Shown in pieces: positions 19,418 to 29,000 of a stretch of 64,000 nucleotides of DNA. Each line of letters starts with the position of its first letter. Position 1 is the stretch's first letter. Source of the DNA: Thermoplasmata archaeon (lineage in GTDB: Archaea; Thermoplasmatota; Thermoplasmata; RBG-16-68-12; JAFNFQ01); contig JBGPQV010000004.1 in NCBI GenBank assembly GCA_041489255.1, positions 94,984-158,983 on the forward strand, written 5' to 3'. The notes under the pieces were generated by a model. The model did not search any database. It was not told where the DNA came from and saw only the letters and a program-made list of their open reading frames with translations. The translations under genes and the position numbers were made by a program.

Positions 19418-20767
19418 CTAGGGAATCAGCCTATTCCTGTCCCTTGGGAAAAGCACGGCTTCGCGGATGTTCGGCAGGTCCAGCATCTTCTGCACGAACC
19501 TGTCGATGCCGAACCCCCAACCGCCGTGCGGCGGCATGCCGAACCTGAACGGTTTGAGGTAGAAATCGAAGTTCACAAGGTCCAGTCCGAAAGCCTTCAT
19601 TCTCTCAACGAGCTTGTCGTACCTGTGCTCCCTCTGCCCGCCAGAGGCCATCTCCATGCCCTTGTACTCCATGTCGAACGAGTTGCTGTACTCCGGGTCG
19701 TCTTCCTTCGGCATGACGTAGAACGCCTTGATCGCTGAGGGATAGTCGCGTATGTAGTACAGCTCGTGACCCTTTTCCTGCATCGCTCTCCCGATGATCT
19801 TCTCGCCCTCTGTGTCGATGTCGTCGCCTTCTTTGACTTTCTTCCCGTACTCTTGCAGGATCCCGATTGCGTCGACATACAGCAGCCGGGGAATCGGGAG
19901 GCTCGGGACCTTCGGGTCAAGCCCGAGGATCTCCAGATGCTCCTTGCCATGCTCCTTCACGTAAGCAATGCTACCGACGACGCACTCCTCGAGCATCTTG
20001 AGGAAATCCTCCTGATGCCTGATGAACGCGACCTCCGCGTCGAAGGAGATGAATTCGGTGATGTGGCGGACGGTGTCGGACGGCTCCGCGCGGAACGCGG
20101 GACTTATCTCGAAGACGCGGTCGAACCCGGTGGCCATGAGCATCTGCTTGTAGAGCTGCGGGCTCTGAGAGAGGAATGCACGCTTCCCGAAATAGTCGGT
20201 CTCGAAGAGTGACGCGCCGCCCTCCGCGCCCGCGCCGGCGAGCTTGGGCGTGTGGACTTCTACGAAACCCTTCGCGTACATGTAGTCCCTGATCGACCTG
20301 AGTGCAAGCGAACGGATTGCGAACAGCGCTCTGTGCTCGGGCTTCCTCAGATCCATGAACCTGTTGTCAAGACGTGTGTCGAGTTCCGCGCCGACCTTGT
20401 CGACGACGCCAAGGGGCAGTGGCGCCTCCGCGGGACTCAGCACCTCCAGCTTGGCGGGCAGAATCTCGAAGCCATTCCTCGCCTGCTTGTTCGCGACCAC
20501 CTTTCCAGTTGCGGCGATTACCGACTCGCGGTTCACCGCCATGGCCTGTCCAAAGATTGCCGGTTCGTCTTTCTTCTTGAATGTGAGCTGGAGAGTCCCC
20601 TCTCTCTGCCTTAAAATGATGAACGCGACCCCGCCAAGATTGCGGATGTCTTCCACCCAGCCCGCCACGCTGACGATTCTTCCATCATCCGAGGGGCTGA
20701 TGTCCTTGAGTCTCGCGTATGGAGGCTGCTGTGCGCCTGACATTGGATCACGCTGAAAGAATGCCAC
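19418..20767 (-). CDS. aspS: Aspartate-tRNA ligase (archaeal type)
   Basis: RLDNRFMDLR, QSPQLYKQ, FRAE, SGGQREH, GMPPHGG, FPRD; start may be at 20743. Confidence 0.96.
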   Translation of the reverse strand: MAFFQRDPMSGAQQPPYARLKDISPSDDGRIVSVAGWVEDIRNLGGVAFIILRQREGTLQLTFKKKDEPAIFGQAMAVNRESVIAATGKVVANKQARNGFEILPAKLEVLSPAEAPLPLGVVDKVGAELDTRLDNRFMDLRKPEHRALFAIRSLALRSIRDYMYAKGFVEVHTPKLAGAGAEGGASLFETDYFGKRAFLSQSPQLYKQMLMATGFDRVFEISPAFRAEPSDTVRHITEFISFDAEVAFIRHQEDFLKMLEECVVGSIAYVKEHGKEHLEILGLDPKVPSLPIPRLLYVDAIGILQEYGKKVKEGDDIDTEGEKIIGRAMQEKGHELYYIRDYPSAIKAFYVMPKEDDPEYSNSFDMEYKGMEMASGGQREHRYDKLVERMKAFGLDLVNFDFYLKPFRFGMPPHGGWGFGIDRFVQKMLDLPNIREAVLFPRDRNRLIP

Positions 20768-20847
20768 GCTATAAAGGTGTTTGCGAGGGCCGTGACTTGC
20801 GATTCACTCAGCGGAGTCGGTCGCCTCCCGCCAATGAGTGCGCATTC

Positions 20848-22038
20848 TCAGATGAGGTCCAGGAACTTCTCGACGAGTTGCGGGTGTCTCTCCTTGATCA
20901 CTTTCAGGATGCGATGTATCGACAGCTTCTCGACCCCGACCTCGGCGAGAGTCCCTATGATCAGGTCGAACTCCTCGTCGGTGAGCGTGACCAGCTTGTT
21001 CTTCGCCATCCAGTTGCGGTAGAGGCCCTCTTCCAGGATCGCCCGCCATCCTTTCTCGTATTTCATGAGCTGGTTCAGCGACCAATCGCCCGTCTTCGCT
21101 GCTTCGCCGAGCACTTCCCCGAGGATCATCCCCGCCCTACAGCCATTCCCGATTCCACCGCCAGTGATCGGATCGACCATCCTCGCCGCGTCCCCGACGA
21201 GGGCGACACCGTCCCTCACAGTCTCGTCTATCGGCGCGCATGTTGAGACCGCGCCAGTGACCATGTCGAGCATCTGCGCCTTCTTCATTCGCGGTTCCTT
21301 GGCTATCCATCTATCCAGGTAGCCTTTGATCTCGTTGGGGGCGTTCAACCTATCGAGCGAGAGCCCGATGCCGACGTTGGCGGTGCACTCGTCCTTGGGG
21401 AAGACCCAGATGTACCCGCCAGGCGCGATGCTCCCGAGGAGGAACTCGCAGTAGTTCGGGAAGTCTTCGTCTGGCTGGATGTTCGTCAGCCTGTATTGCA
21501 GTGCACCGGTGATGTCTTCCGCCTTTAGGATCGTCTTGATCCCCGCCCACCGCCCCACCTGCGACTCGTAGCCGTCCGCGCCGACGACGACCTTCGCCTT
21601 GATGTCCATGTTCTCGCTGAGGCGCCCGACCCGCACGCCAGTCACCTTGCCATTCTCCTTCAGCAGCCCGAAGGCGGTCGTCTTGACCCATATCTCCGCA
21701 CCTGCCTTGGCAGCATGCTTGGCGAGCGTTTTGTCGAACATGTCCCTTTCGACAACTATCCCCACCTCATTCCCTGCGTGCCTCTCGTCTATCTTGAAGA
21801 CCTTGCCGCCAGGGGAGATGACCTTGGCGCCCTTCACCTCGATGGCCACCCACCTCCTGTCATATGGGATGTTGCATTCTTCCAGGAAATGTCTCGCGAT
21901 GCCCTCGCCACACCTGACAGGCGAGCCTATCTCCTGGCGCTTCTCGATCATCAGGACCTTCGCACCGCCTTCTGCGGCATACCTGGCGGTCAAGCTCCCG
22001 GCAGGTCCAGCGCCGACAACAACGACATCGTATTCCAT
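20848..22038 (-). CDS. Digeranylgeranylglycerophospholipid (geranylgeranyl) reductase
   Basis: GAGPAG FAD motif, PVRCGEG, PGGYIWVFPK, GDAA..DPITGGGI; ATG at 22038 after a GGAGGTGA SD. Confidence 0.92.
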   Translation of the reverse strand: MEYDVVVVGAGPAGSLTARYAAEGGAKVLMIEKRQEIGSPVRCGEGIARHFLEECNIPYDRRWVAIEVKGAKVISPGGKVFKIDERHAGNEVGIVVERDMFDKTLAKHAAKAGAEIWVKTTAFGLLKENGKVTGVRVGRLSENMDIKAKVVVGADGYESQVGRWAGIKTILKAEDITGALQYRLTNIQPDEDFPNYCEFLLGSIAPGGYIWVFPKDECTANVGIGLSLDRLNAPNEIKGYLDRWIAKEPRMKKAQMLDMVTGAVSTCAPIDETVRDGVALVGDAARMVDPITGGGIGNGCRAGMILGEVLGEAAKTGDWSLNQLMKYEKGWRAILEEGLYRNWMAKNKLVTLTDEEFDLIIGTLAEVGVEKLSIHRILKVIKERHPQLVEKFLDLI

Positions 22039-22042
22039 GTCC

Positions 22043-22276
22043 TCACCTCCGCCTGGACTGCTTGTGCCCCTGCGGGTAGTCGATCGCGCCGACCGCGCAG
22101 ACACGCACGCACATGCCGCACTGCGAGCACTTCTCGTCGAAGGAGAGAAAAGTCTCGTAGAGGAAGATCGAGTTCATCGGACACGTGCCGACGCACGCTC
22201 CGCAGTGCATGCAGAGAGTGCCGTCAACGTTCATCCGGCCGCTGTCGTCGCCACTCGTGTAGCCCCTAGGCTTCAT
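22043..22276 (-). CDS. 2x[4Fe-4S] ferredoxin
   Basis: CMHCGACVGTCP and CSQCGMCVRVCAVGAI. Confidence 0.93.
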   Translation of the reverse strand: MKPRGYTSGDDSGRMNVDGTLCMHCGACVGTCPMNSIFLYETFLSFDEKCSQCGMCVRVCAVGAIDYPQGHKQSRRR

Positions 22277-23879
22277 GCTTCTTCCTCCATTCCTCGAGGG
22301 GAACCGAGAACTTCTTCTCGGTCTGCTCACGGAAGACAGGCCCTGTGTTGTAGGCGCAGAACGGGATTATCCTGCCGTCAGGCGTGGCGTAGTGCACGCC
22401 GCACCTCTTCACCCGCTCTATGTCGTAGTTGTAGAGGTCCATGAAGTGCATCGCGCCGACGTACATCGTCGCCCAGGAGAACTCCGATATCCCCTGCTTG
22501 TCTCCCCTGGTGAGCATCGAGCCGAGTATCTTCCTCATCTTGACGAGGCTCATCTGGTCGGGCGACTTCGTCTGGTCGAAGTGCCTGCTCAGGATCCTGA
22601 AGGCCTTGACCTTCGTGAGGAGCAGCATCCTCTTGCCCCTCGCCTCCTGCGTCAGGGCCCACAGCGCCTCCATCAGTCCCTCGACGTCGACGAACCTGGT
22701 GATCGGCAGGGGGGGCTTCCCCTTCTGGAGGAAGAAGTACGAAGCGAGGCCGCATCCCGGGTGAGTCGTGAAGGAGGTCTTCGGGGTGCCCGCGAAGATC
22801 GATAACAGCTCGGACAGCGGGGACACGAACGGCGGCGGATACCAGTCGTCCTTCGTCAGGTATCCCGTCTGCTTCTCGACGTCGTGAACGAGGTCGCTCA
22901 GGGTGTATCTGAGCTTCCTCCTGTCCTCGTCGGGGATCCTGCCCGAGAGGCTCACCGGCTGGAAGTTGATTCCCTTGATCACGTCTCCGTTCTCGATGGC
23001 GTACTTGATGATCTCGCCGACCTGGTCGTCGTTGAACGTCTTGACTATCGTCGGCACGAGGACAACGGAGGGGCGCTTCTCCCTGGGCAGCGCCCGCACG
23101 TTTGCGATGACCTTCTTCTTGGTCTCGAGCAAGGCGACACCGCGAGTCTTCTTGTAGTTCTCGTCGCGGAGGCCGTCGAACTGCAGGTATATCGTGTGCA
23201 GGCCTGCCTTGGCGGCATCATCCAAGAACTTCGGTTCGTTCGCCATCCTGATCCCGTTCGTGGCTACCTGGATCTGCGTGAAGCCGAGCCTGTTCGCTTC
23301 TCTGAGCACTTCGTGGAACTTCGGATAGATCGTCGGCTCGCCGCCTGACAACTGAATCGCGTTGACTGGAATCGGCCTCTGCTCCCTCAGCATCTTCAGC
23401 TCCCCCGCAATCTGTTCGTAGCTCGGTTCGAACACGTACCCCGCCGCGTTCGCGTTCGCGAAGCACACGGGGCACTTGAGGTTGCAACGGTTCGTCAGGT
23501 CGATGTTGGCGAGACAGGTGTTGGTGTAATGGAGGTTGCACAGGCCGCAGTCTGTCGGGCAGGTCGTCGCATTGCTGACTTGCGGGTTCTCGATGCCGAC
23601 GCCGTCGAACGCCCACCTTTCCGCCTTCAGGTAGAGCTCGACGTCGGACCACAGGACATCCTCGAAGTGGCCGTGCTCGTCGCAGTCCTTCTTCATCATC
23701 AGGGCGCCCTTGTCCGCGTAGATCGTGGCGGGAATGATCTTGACGCACTCGGGGCAGAGTGACTCTGTCTGCCGCGGCAGGCCTCTCTCGAGCTTCGAGG
23801 GCGTGGTCACCATCCCCTCGTCCCGCGACTCCTCGTAGACCTTCTTCAGCACAGTCCCGTTGGCACCGCACAGAGCCAT
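22266..23879 (-). CDS. tes: Tetraether lipid synthase (Tes/GDGT-MAS, MJ0619-family radical SAM)
   Basis: SLCPEC..KDCDEHG, CPTDCGLCNLH, CNLKCPVC (CX3CX2C), C-terminal RVKRCGVHYATPDGRIIPFCAYN. Confidence 0.88.
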   Translation of the reverse strand: MALCGANGTVLKKVYEESRDEGMVTTPSKLERGLPRQTESLCPECVKIIPATIYADKGALMMKKDCDEHGHFEDVLWSDVELYLKAERWAFDGVGIENPQVSNATTCPTDCGLCNLHYTNTCLANIDLTNRCNLKCPVCFANANAAGYVFEPSYEQIAGELKMLREQRPIPVNAIQLSGGEPTIYPKFHEVLREANRLGFTQIQVATNGIRMANEPKFLDDAAKAGLHTIYLQFDGLRDENYKKTRGVALLETKKKVIANVRALPREKRPSVVLVPTIVKTFNDDQVGEIIKYAIENGDVIKGINFQPVSLSGRIPDEDRRKLRYTLSDLVHDVEKQTGYLTKDDWYPPPFVSPLSELLSIFAGTPKTSFTTHPGCGLASYFFLQKGKPPLPITRFVDVEGLMEALWALTQEARGKRMLLLTKVKAFRILSRHFDQTKSPDQMSLVKMRKILGSMLTRGDKQGISEFSWATMYVGAMHFMDLYNYDIERVKRCGVHYATPDGRIIPFCAYNTGPVFREQTEKKFSVPLEEWRKKHEA

Positions 23880-24062
23880 CTTGGATCACTTGACCGGAAT
23901 GAAGAAACGGCCTGCAAATAAACATTTTGTAGCGATGCCTACTACGAGACGGGGAAAGGGGCGAGATTGGCTATGTCTTTCGTGGCGGGGGTGTTGCCTG
24001 AGCGCGGTGTTTCTCTCCTGAACTCTTTATCATTGCTTCCGGATTCCTTGGAGAATGTGGAA

Positions 24063-24117
24063 TATCATCTACGTATCATCTACGTATCAACTACGGACCA
24101 ACTACGCTTCAACTACG
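24063..24117 (+). repeat. Five tandem 11-bp direct repeats, consensus nnnCAWCTACG
   Basis: TATCATCTACG-TATCATCTACG-TATCAACTACG-GACCAACTACG-CTTCAACTACG. Confidence 0.9.
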
Positions 24118-24232
24118 GTCTAAAAACGCCCCAAAGACATTTGATGCCCGAAATATTCTTATCTTCAGGTGGGCTTCACGCTCAGGTCAGACTGGGGCGA
24201 CGCATTCAGTCGCCCTGACGCGAGGTGCTGAC

Positions 24233-24799
24233 ATGGCAAAGATCTCCAACGTCTTCGGCACGACTTTCAGCGGCAGGATAGGGAAGAAGATGATCGCCTC
24301 ATCGTGGAAGGGGCACGAGTACATCCGCACTTACGTGAAGCCGCACAACCCGAACACCAGGAACCAGCAGAGGGCGAGGGGGCGGTTCGCCGCGGCCGTC
24401 GATGCGTGGCAGGGGTTCTCCGGCGTGCAGCAGGAGTTCTACGACAGGATCGCCGAAAGGATGAGCGGGTTCAACCTGTTCATCAGCAGGTACGTGAAGG
24501 CGGTGCGGGATGGAGAGGAGCCGGAGACGCCGGTGGAGATGAGGTGGAAGACCGCTGGCGGGGAGCTCATCGAGGACGGCGACCTGATAGTCATGGCGGG
24601 GAAGCGCGAGGTGTTCAGGGTCGGCCTGGGTGAGGGCAGGGCGGAGGTCGCGCTCACACAGTCGGACTCGCCCTACTTCTTCATCCTCAAGAATGATGCG
24701 GCGAGGGAGGAGGTCCTGGAGATCAGGGATTTGGTCAAGGCTGGGGTCCCGAGGGTGCTTGAAAGCAGGAAGCTGGGCATAAGGCTGGTGGCGTTCTAG
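24233..24799 (+). CDS. Hypothetical protein with a DUF6266-like basic N-terminal domain
   Basis: FSGRIG...SSWKGHEYIR...NPNTRNQQRARGRF resembles DUF6266-type proteins (from memory); GAGGTG SD. Confidence 0.7.
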   Translation: MAKISNVFGTTFSGRIGKKMIASSWKGHEYIRTYVKPHNPNTRNQQRARGRFAAAVDAWQGFSGVQQEFYDRIAERMSGFNLFISRYVKAVRDGEEPETPVEMRWKTAGGELIEDGDLIVMAGKREVFRVGLGEGRAEVALTQSDSPYFFILKNDAAREEVLEIRDLVKAGVPRVLESRKLGIRLVAF

Positions 24800-25099
24800 C
24801 TGAGGTCAATTGCACTGCGCGCGTTCGCTCTCATCCTGCTCGTGGCGGGAGTCTGGTCTTCGAAGAGTAGACCGTGGAAGGGCGGGAAGGACAGGACGGC
24901 GGTGGTGAAGGCTTTTGCGTTTACCTCTTTGCCATTTGTCATCGCGGAGGCGGGAACCGGAGTCATTTCGTTCGCGACAGGAATGCTGATGATACCGCCA
25001 TTGGTTGGGATTGGCACGGGCATCGACCTGGTCATCCTTCTGGCGGGAGTGGTAGTCGCCGTGCTGAGACTGCGCGGAAAGAACTTGACGCCGGTGTGA
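24800..25099 (+). pseudogene. Orphan copy of the C-terminal 3-TM anchor of the 26034-30398 surface protein
   Basis: ILLVAGVWSSKSRPWKGGKDR..KAFAFTSLPFVIAEAGTG versus ILLVTGVWSSKRRPWKGGKGR..KAFMFTSMPFVLAEAATG; similarity is also visible at DNA level. Confidence 0.75.
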
Positions 25100-25105
25100 G
25101 TCCCT

Positions 25106-25285
25106 TCAGCACTCAGAGTACCCGCACGTGTGGCACTTGACGCAGCCCTCCTCGTACACGAGGGCGTTGCCGCACTCCGGGCACTCCAGGTTGAGGCCCT
25201 TCCTGACTATGACCTCGTAGTCCTCGCGGTGCTCCTTGTCCATCTCGTCGTCCGCGTGGATCGAGCCGTGCTCCTCGATTGTGCC
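25106..25285 (-). pseudogene. 3' remnant of class II ribonucleotide reductase (NrdJ C-terminal zinc ribbon), or a 45-aa standalone Zn-ribbon protein from ATG 25243
   Basis: Manual translation ...MDKEHREDYEVIVRKGLNLECPECGNALVYEEGCVKCHTCGYSEC*. Confidence 0.65.
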
Positions 25286-25470
25286 AAATCCGATGAATGG
25301 ACTGTTCCTGGATCTTGATGAAGCTTCTCTCCGACGGTATTTGTCATGGGGGGGCCGTATGAAGCGTAATTAGGATGGTTTCATAGGCTTGGATGCTATC
25401 AATATTGATAGCCAGAAGCGCAAAAGCCGGAGGATGCATGAGGGCCCTTGCGTCTGGAGGTGAGAAGACG

Positions 25471-25887
25471 ATGAAAGTGGGATTTGGGAACATGAGTGGA
25501 ATAAGGAAGGTTGGAATGGGAATTGGAACCATGCTGATCTCCCTGCTTTTCATGACAGGGATAGTGAGCGCAGGTAGCTATAACTGGGTCTACGTTGATG
25601 GCAATAGCATTCCTAACGGGGGCAAATGCAGCACCCTCAGCAGCGGATCGGGCGTATTCGGGTCATATAGCCCTACTGCGCCTTGGCAAGCCACTCTCGA
25701 TTGGCGGCTCGACAGTGTGGGCACATGGCATGCAATCACGACATTTAACGGAGCGAACGGCGCATTGGGATTCAGATTCACAGTGACTGATACGCCCTCA
25801 GGCAGCGACACTTTGAGAATTCGGGCATATGATACGGACATCAGCCCGCCCTCGGGTCCATACTATTGGACCTGCACCCAGCAATAG
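25471..25887 (+). CDS. Hypothetical secreted protein
   Basis: GGAGGTGA SD before ATG 25471; signal-peptide-like LISLLFMTGIVSA; G/S/T/W-rich mature part. Confidence 0.65.
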   Translation: MKVGFGNMSGIRKVGMGIGTMLISLLFMTGIVSAGSYNWVYVDGNSIPNGGKCSTLSSGSGVFGSYSPTAPWQATLDWRLDSVGTWHAITTFNGANGALGFRFTVTDTPSGSDTLRIRAYDTDISPPSGPYYWTCTQQ

Positions 25888-26033
25888 CCGCGGCAGTGCA
25901 ACCTAATGCCTAGGGCGTCGTACCGTTTATGGATTCACAACGGGGACCGCGATTCCATCCCTTGTCTCCCTCTGTCCACGAAGACTAGAAATACTTTGGA
26001 GTCATAAAAGATACTCGCATACGAGGGGTTCGA

Positions 26034-29000
26034 ATGTCACGGTTTCGAAAATGCTTGCTTATTTCAGCAATCTTGCAACTCTCGCTCCTAGCTGTCATGC
26101 CCTCCGTGCCGTTACCATCGCCCATCGAACACGAAAGAGATCCGGGCGTCCCCACAGAACGTCAGGACGGTCACGATGTTTCAGACGCGCTTCAGTCCCT
26201 CGGCGGTTACTTCATAGAGAACCGGGGGCAGGTCTTGGATGGAATACGTTATTATTCGACGGGTAATCCTTCTGTAGCTTTCGGGGACGACGCCGTCATA
26301 TTCGTGGTCAGGGCGGTGGACAGCGGAGATCATAGGGATATATTGCCTGAGCAAATCGACCGTTCTTCTGGAACCTATAAGACCACCACGGTAGAGACGG
26401 TGGCTTACATGCTCCGCTTTGAAGGGGCCAACAAAGTCATGCCAATCGGCATCGACCGCCTCCCATTCAGCAGTAACTTCTTCATCGGGAACAATCCACA
26501 CAAGTGGAAGACCATTGTGCCAAACTACGGAGAAGTGGTCTACCGCAACCTATACAACGGCATCGATTTGGTTTACCGTCAAAATGCGAAGGGAATCAAG
26601 TATGAGTTCATAGTTGGTCCGGGAGCGAATCTGAGGGCCATGAGAATGAACTACGAAGGAATCGATTCGTTGCGGCTTGAAGACGGAGAGATGGTTATCC
26701 AATCGGCCGCAGGGGATGTCCGGGATATTCTTCCTTACGCCTTTGAAGGAAAGGGGGAGAGAATCGAATGCAGATTTATCCTCTATGGTCCTGTTTCATA
26801 TGGATTTGACTGCGACGGGCGGGACGTGTCGAAGCAACTGGTGATAGATCCTCTGGTCTACTCGACCTTTCTTGGTGGAGGTGGTGAAGATAGAGGATGG
26901 TCAATCGCCGTTGATTCCTCTGGCAATGCGTATGCGACTGGATTGACCTTATCTGTCGATTTTCCTGCCAAGCCCGGCTCTTTCGACACCTCATACAATG
27001 GCAGCGGGAGAGACGCATTCGTGGCCAAATTAGATCCTGCCGGGAGCAATCTCATGTATTGCACTTATTTGGGAGGGAGTCTTGACGAAGACTTTTCCGC
27101 CATAGCGATTGATTCACTCGGGAGCGCCTATCTGACAGGTTCGACCCAATCATCCGACTTTCCTACAACGGCGGGCGCTTTCGACACCGTTTTCAATGGA
27201 GGTTACGATTCCTACGTCACTAAGCTAAACGGTACTGGTAGCGGACTCGTCTACTCGACCTTCTTGGGCGGCCGCGACTTCGACGCCGGACGGGCTATTG
27301 CACTGGACTCCGCCGGCAATGCGTACGTGGCTGGCGACACCAATTCGACTGATTTCCCGGTCACCGCTGGTGCATTCAGCCCTACCCTCAGAGGTAGCGA
27401 CAATGCTTTCATCACGGAACTGGATTCCCTTGGGAGAACACTCGTCTACTCAACCTATCTTGGCAGCACGTCCAGAGATTATGCACTTTCGATCGCCTTG
27501 GACTCAGGAGGCGATGCATATGTGGTGGGCCAAACAGATTCGCCTGATTTCCCGACGACATCTGCTGCATTCGACACATCATACAATGGCGGGCCACCCG
27601 CCAGCCCGTATGACGTATTCGTGACAAAACTGAATGCCACAGGAACAGGTCTCGTATATTCCACTTTCCTTGGGGGTGACGGTACGGACTTCGGATATTC
27701 TGTCAAAGTAGACTCTATGGGAAACGCCTATGTCACCGGTGGGACCAGCTCAATCAATTTCCCCATCACTTCGGGATCATATAGTACCAGTCTGAGCGGG
27801 ACTCGTGATGCATTCGTATCGGAATTAAATGCCGCGGGAAGTAGCCTTGTCTATTCGACATATCTAGGTGGTGGCGGGTATGATCTGGCAACATCTTTGG
27901 CTCTTAATTCGGTGAACGAAGCCTATGTGACTGGGGTGACATTCTCGGCCAACTTTCCAGTCACGCCAGACGCCGCGGACGGTTTCTACAATGGATTTGA
28001 AGATGTGTTCGTGGCAGGGTTGAACTTCACTGGAAGTAAACTTGTGTACTCCACTTTCCTCGGCGGTCTCGACAACGAAAATACCGGCTCCATCGCTATG
28101 GACACAGCCGACTGCGCCTACATTATGGGAGAGACATACTCAGTCGACTTCCCGACGACCCCCGGAGCTCTTAGCACGACCTACCGAGGCAACGGAGATA
28201 CCTTCGTCACCAAGATACGAACTCCCACTCTAGTTGACCTACCGGACCTGACAATCTCTCCGTCTGACATCTCATTTGCCCCGCCTGGACCTGCGGTCGT
28301 CGGATCTTCTGTGTTGATCGACGTGACAGTCCACAACATTGGGAGTGCAAATGCCTCCCAGGTCGCGGCCAGATTCTATGACGGCACTCCCCCGAGCTCC
28401 CCAATAATAGGTACAGATCAGACTATACCTTTTCTCCAGCGTCTTGGAGGCGCGGGCACTGCCTCGGTCACTTGGCTGGCCGGAAACCTGGGCGTCCACG
28501 AGATATGCATCGTCGCCGACCCCGAAAGCAGCATAGCTGAGCTCGACGAGAGCAACAATCAGGCATGCGCGCCAATCGAAGTAGTCGCACCTCCGATGCC
28601 AGACCTCACCCTCGCGTCATCTGACATTCTGCTCTCGCCTTCCCCGCCATACGCCGAAAGCGTCCTGGTGAAGGTGAACGCCACTGTCCACAACATTGGC
28701 ACAAACGTCTCGTCAACGACAGTAGCAAGATTCTACGATGGCATGCCCCCGTCTCTGCAAATAGGCACGGACCAGCCGCTCCCGCCAATCCCCGTGAGCG
28801 GCTCCGCGAACGTTTCGGTCACGTGGACCGCTTCCCCTCTTGGGAGTCACGACATCTGCGTCTTCGCGGATCCCGACAACCTCGTGACGGAGATAGACGA
28901 GACCAACAACGTGGCGTGCATCGATGTACTCGTCCAACCAGGTCCGATCTTGAGGCCCGATTATGTTCCCATCTCTCCCCTCCCGCTCCCGCCAATCAGG

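Noticed and set aside
24063-24117. Possible mini-CRISPR or replication origin (ORB)
   Set aside because: Units are 11 bp with no spacers; there is no ORB-like G-string and no cdc6/orc1 nearby
24797-24799. Pyrrolysine/amber recoding
   Set aside because: TAG ends many core genes here (secY, rpl14, rps14, rpl23, rpoN), no pyl genes are seen, and in-frame coincidence has a one-in-three chance
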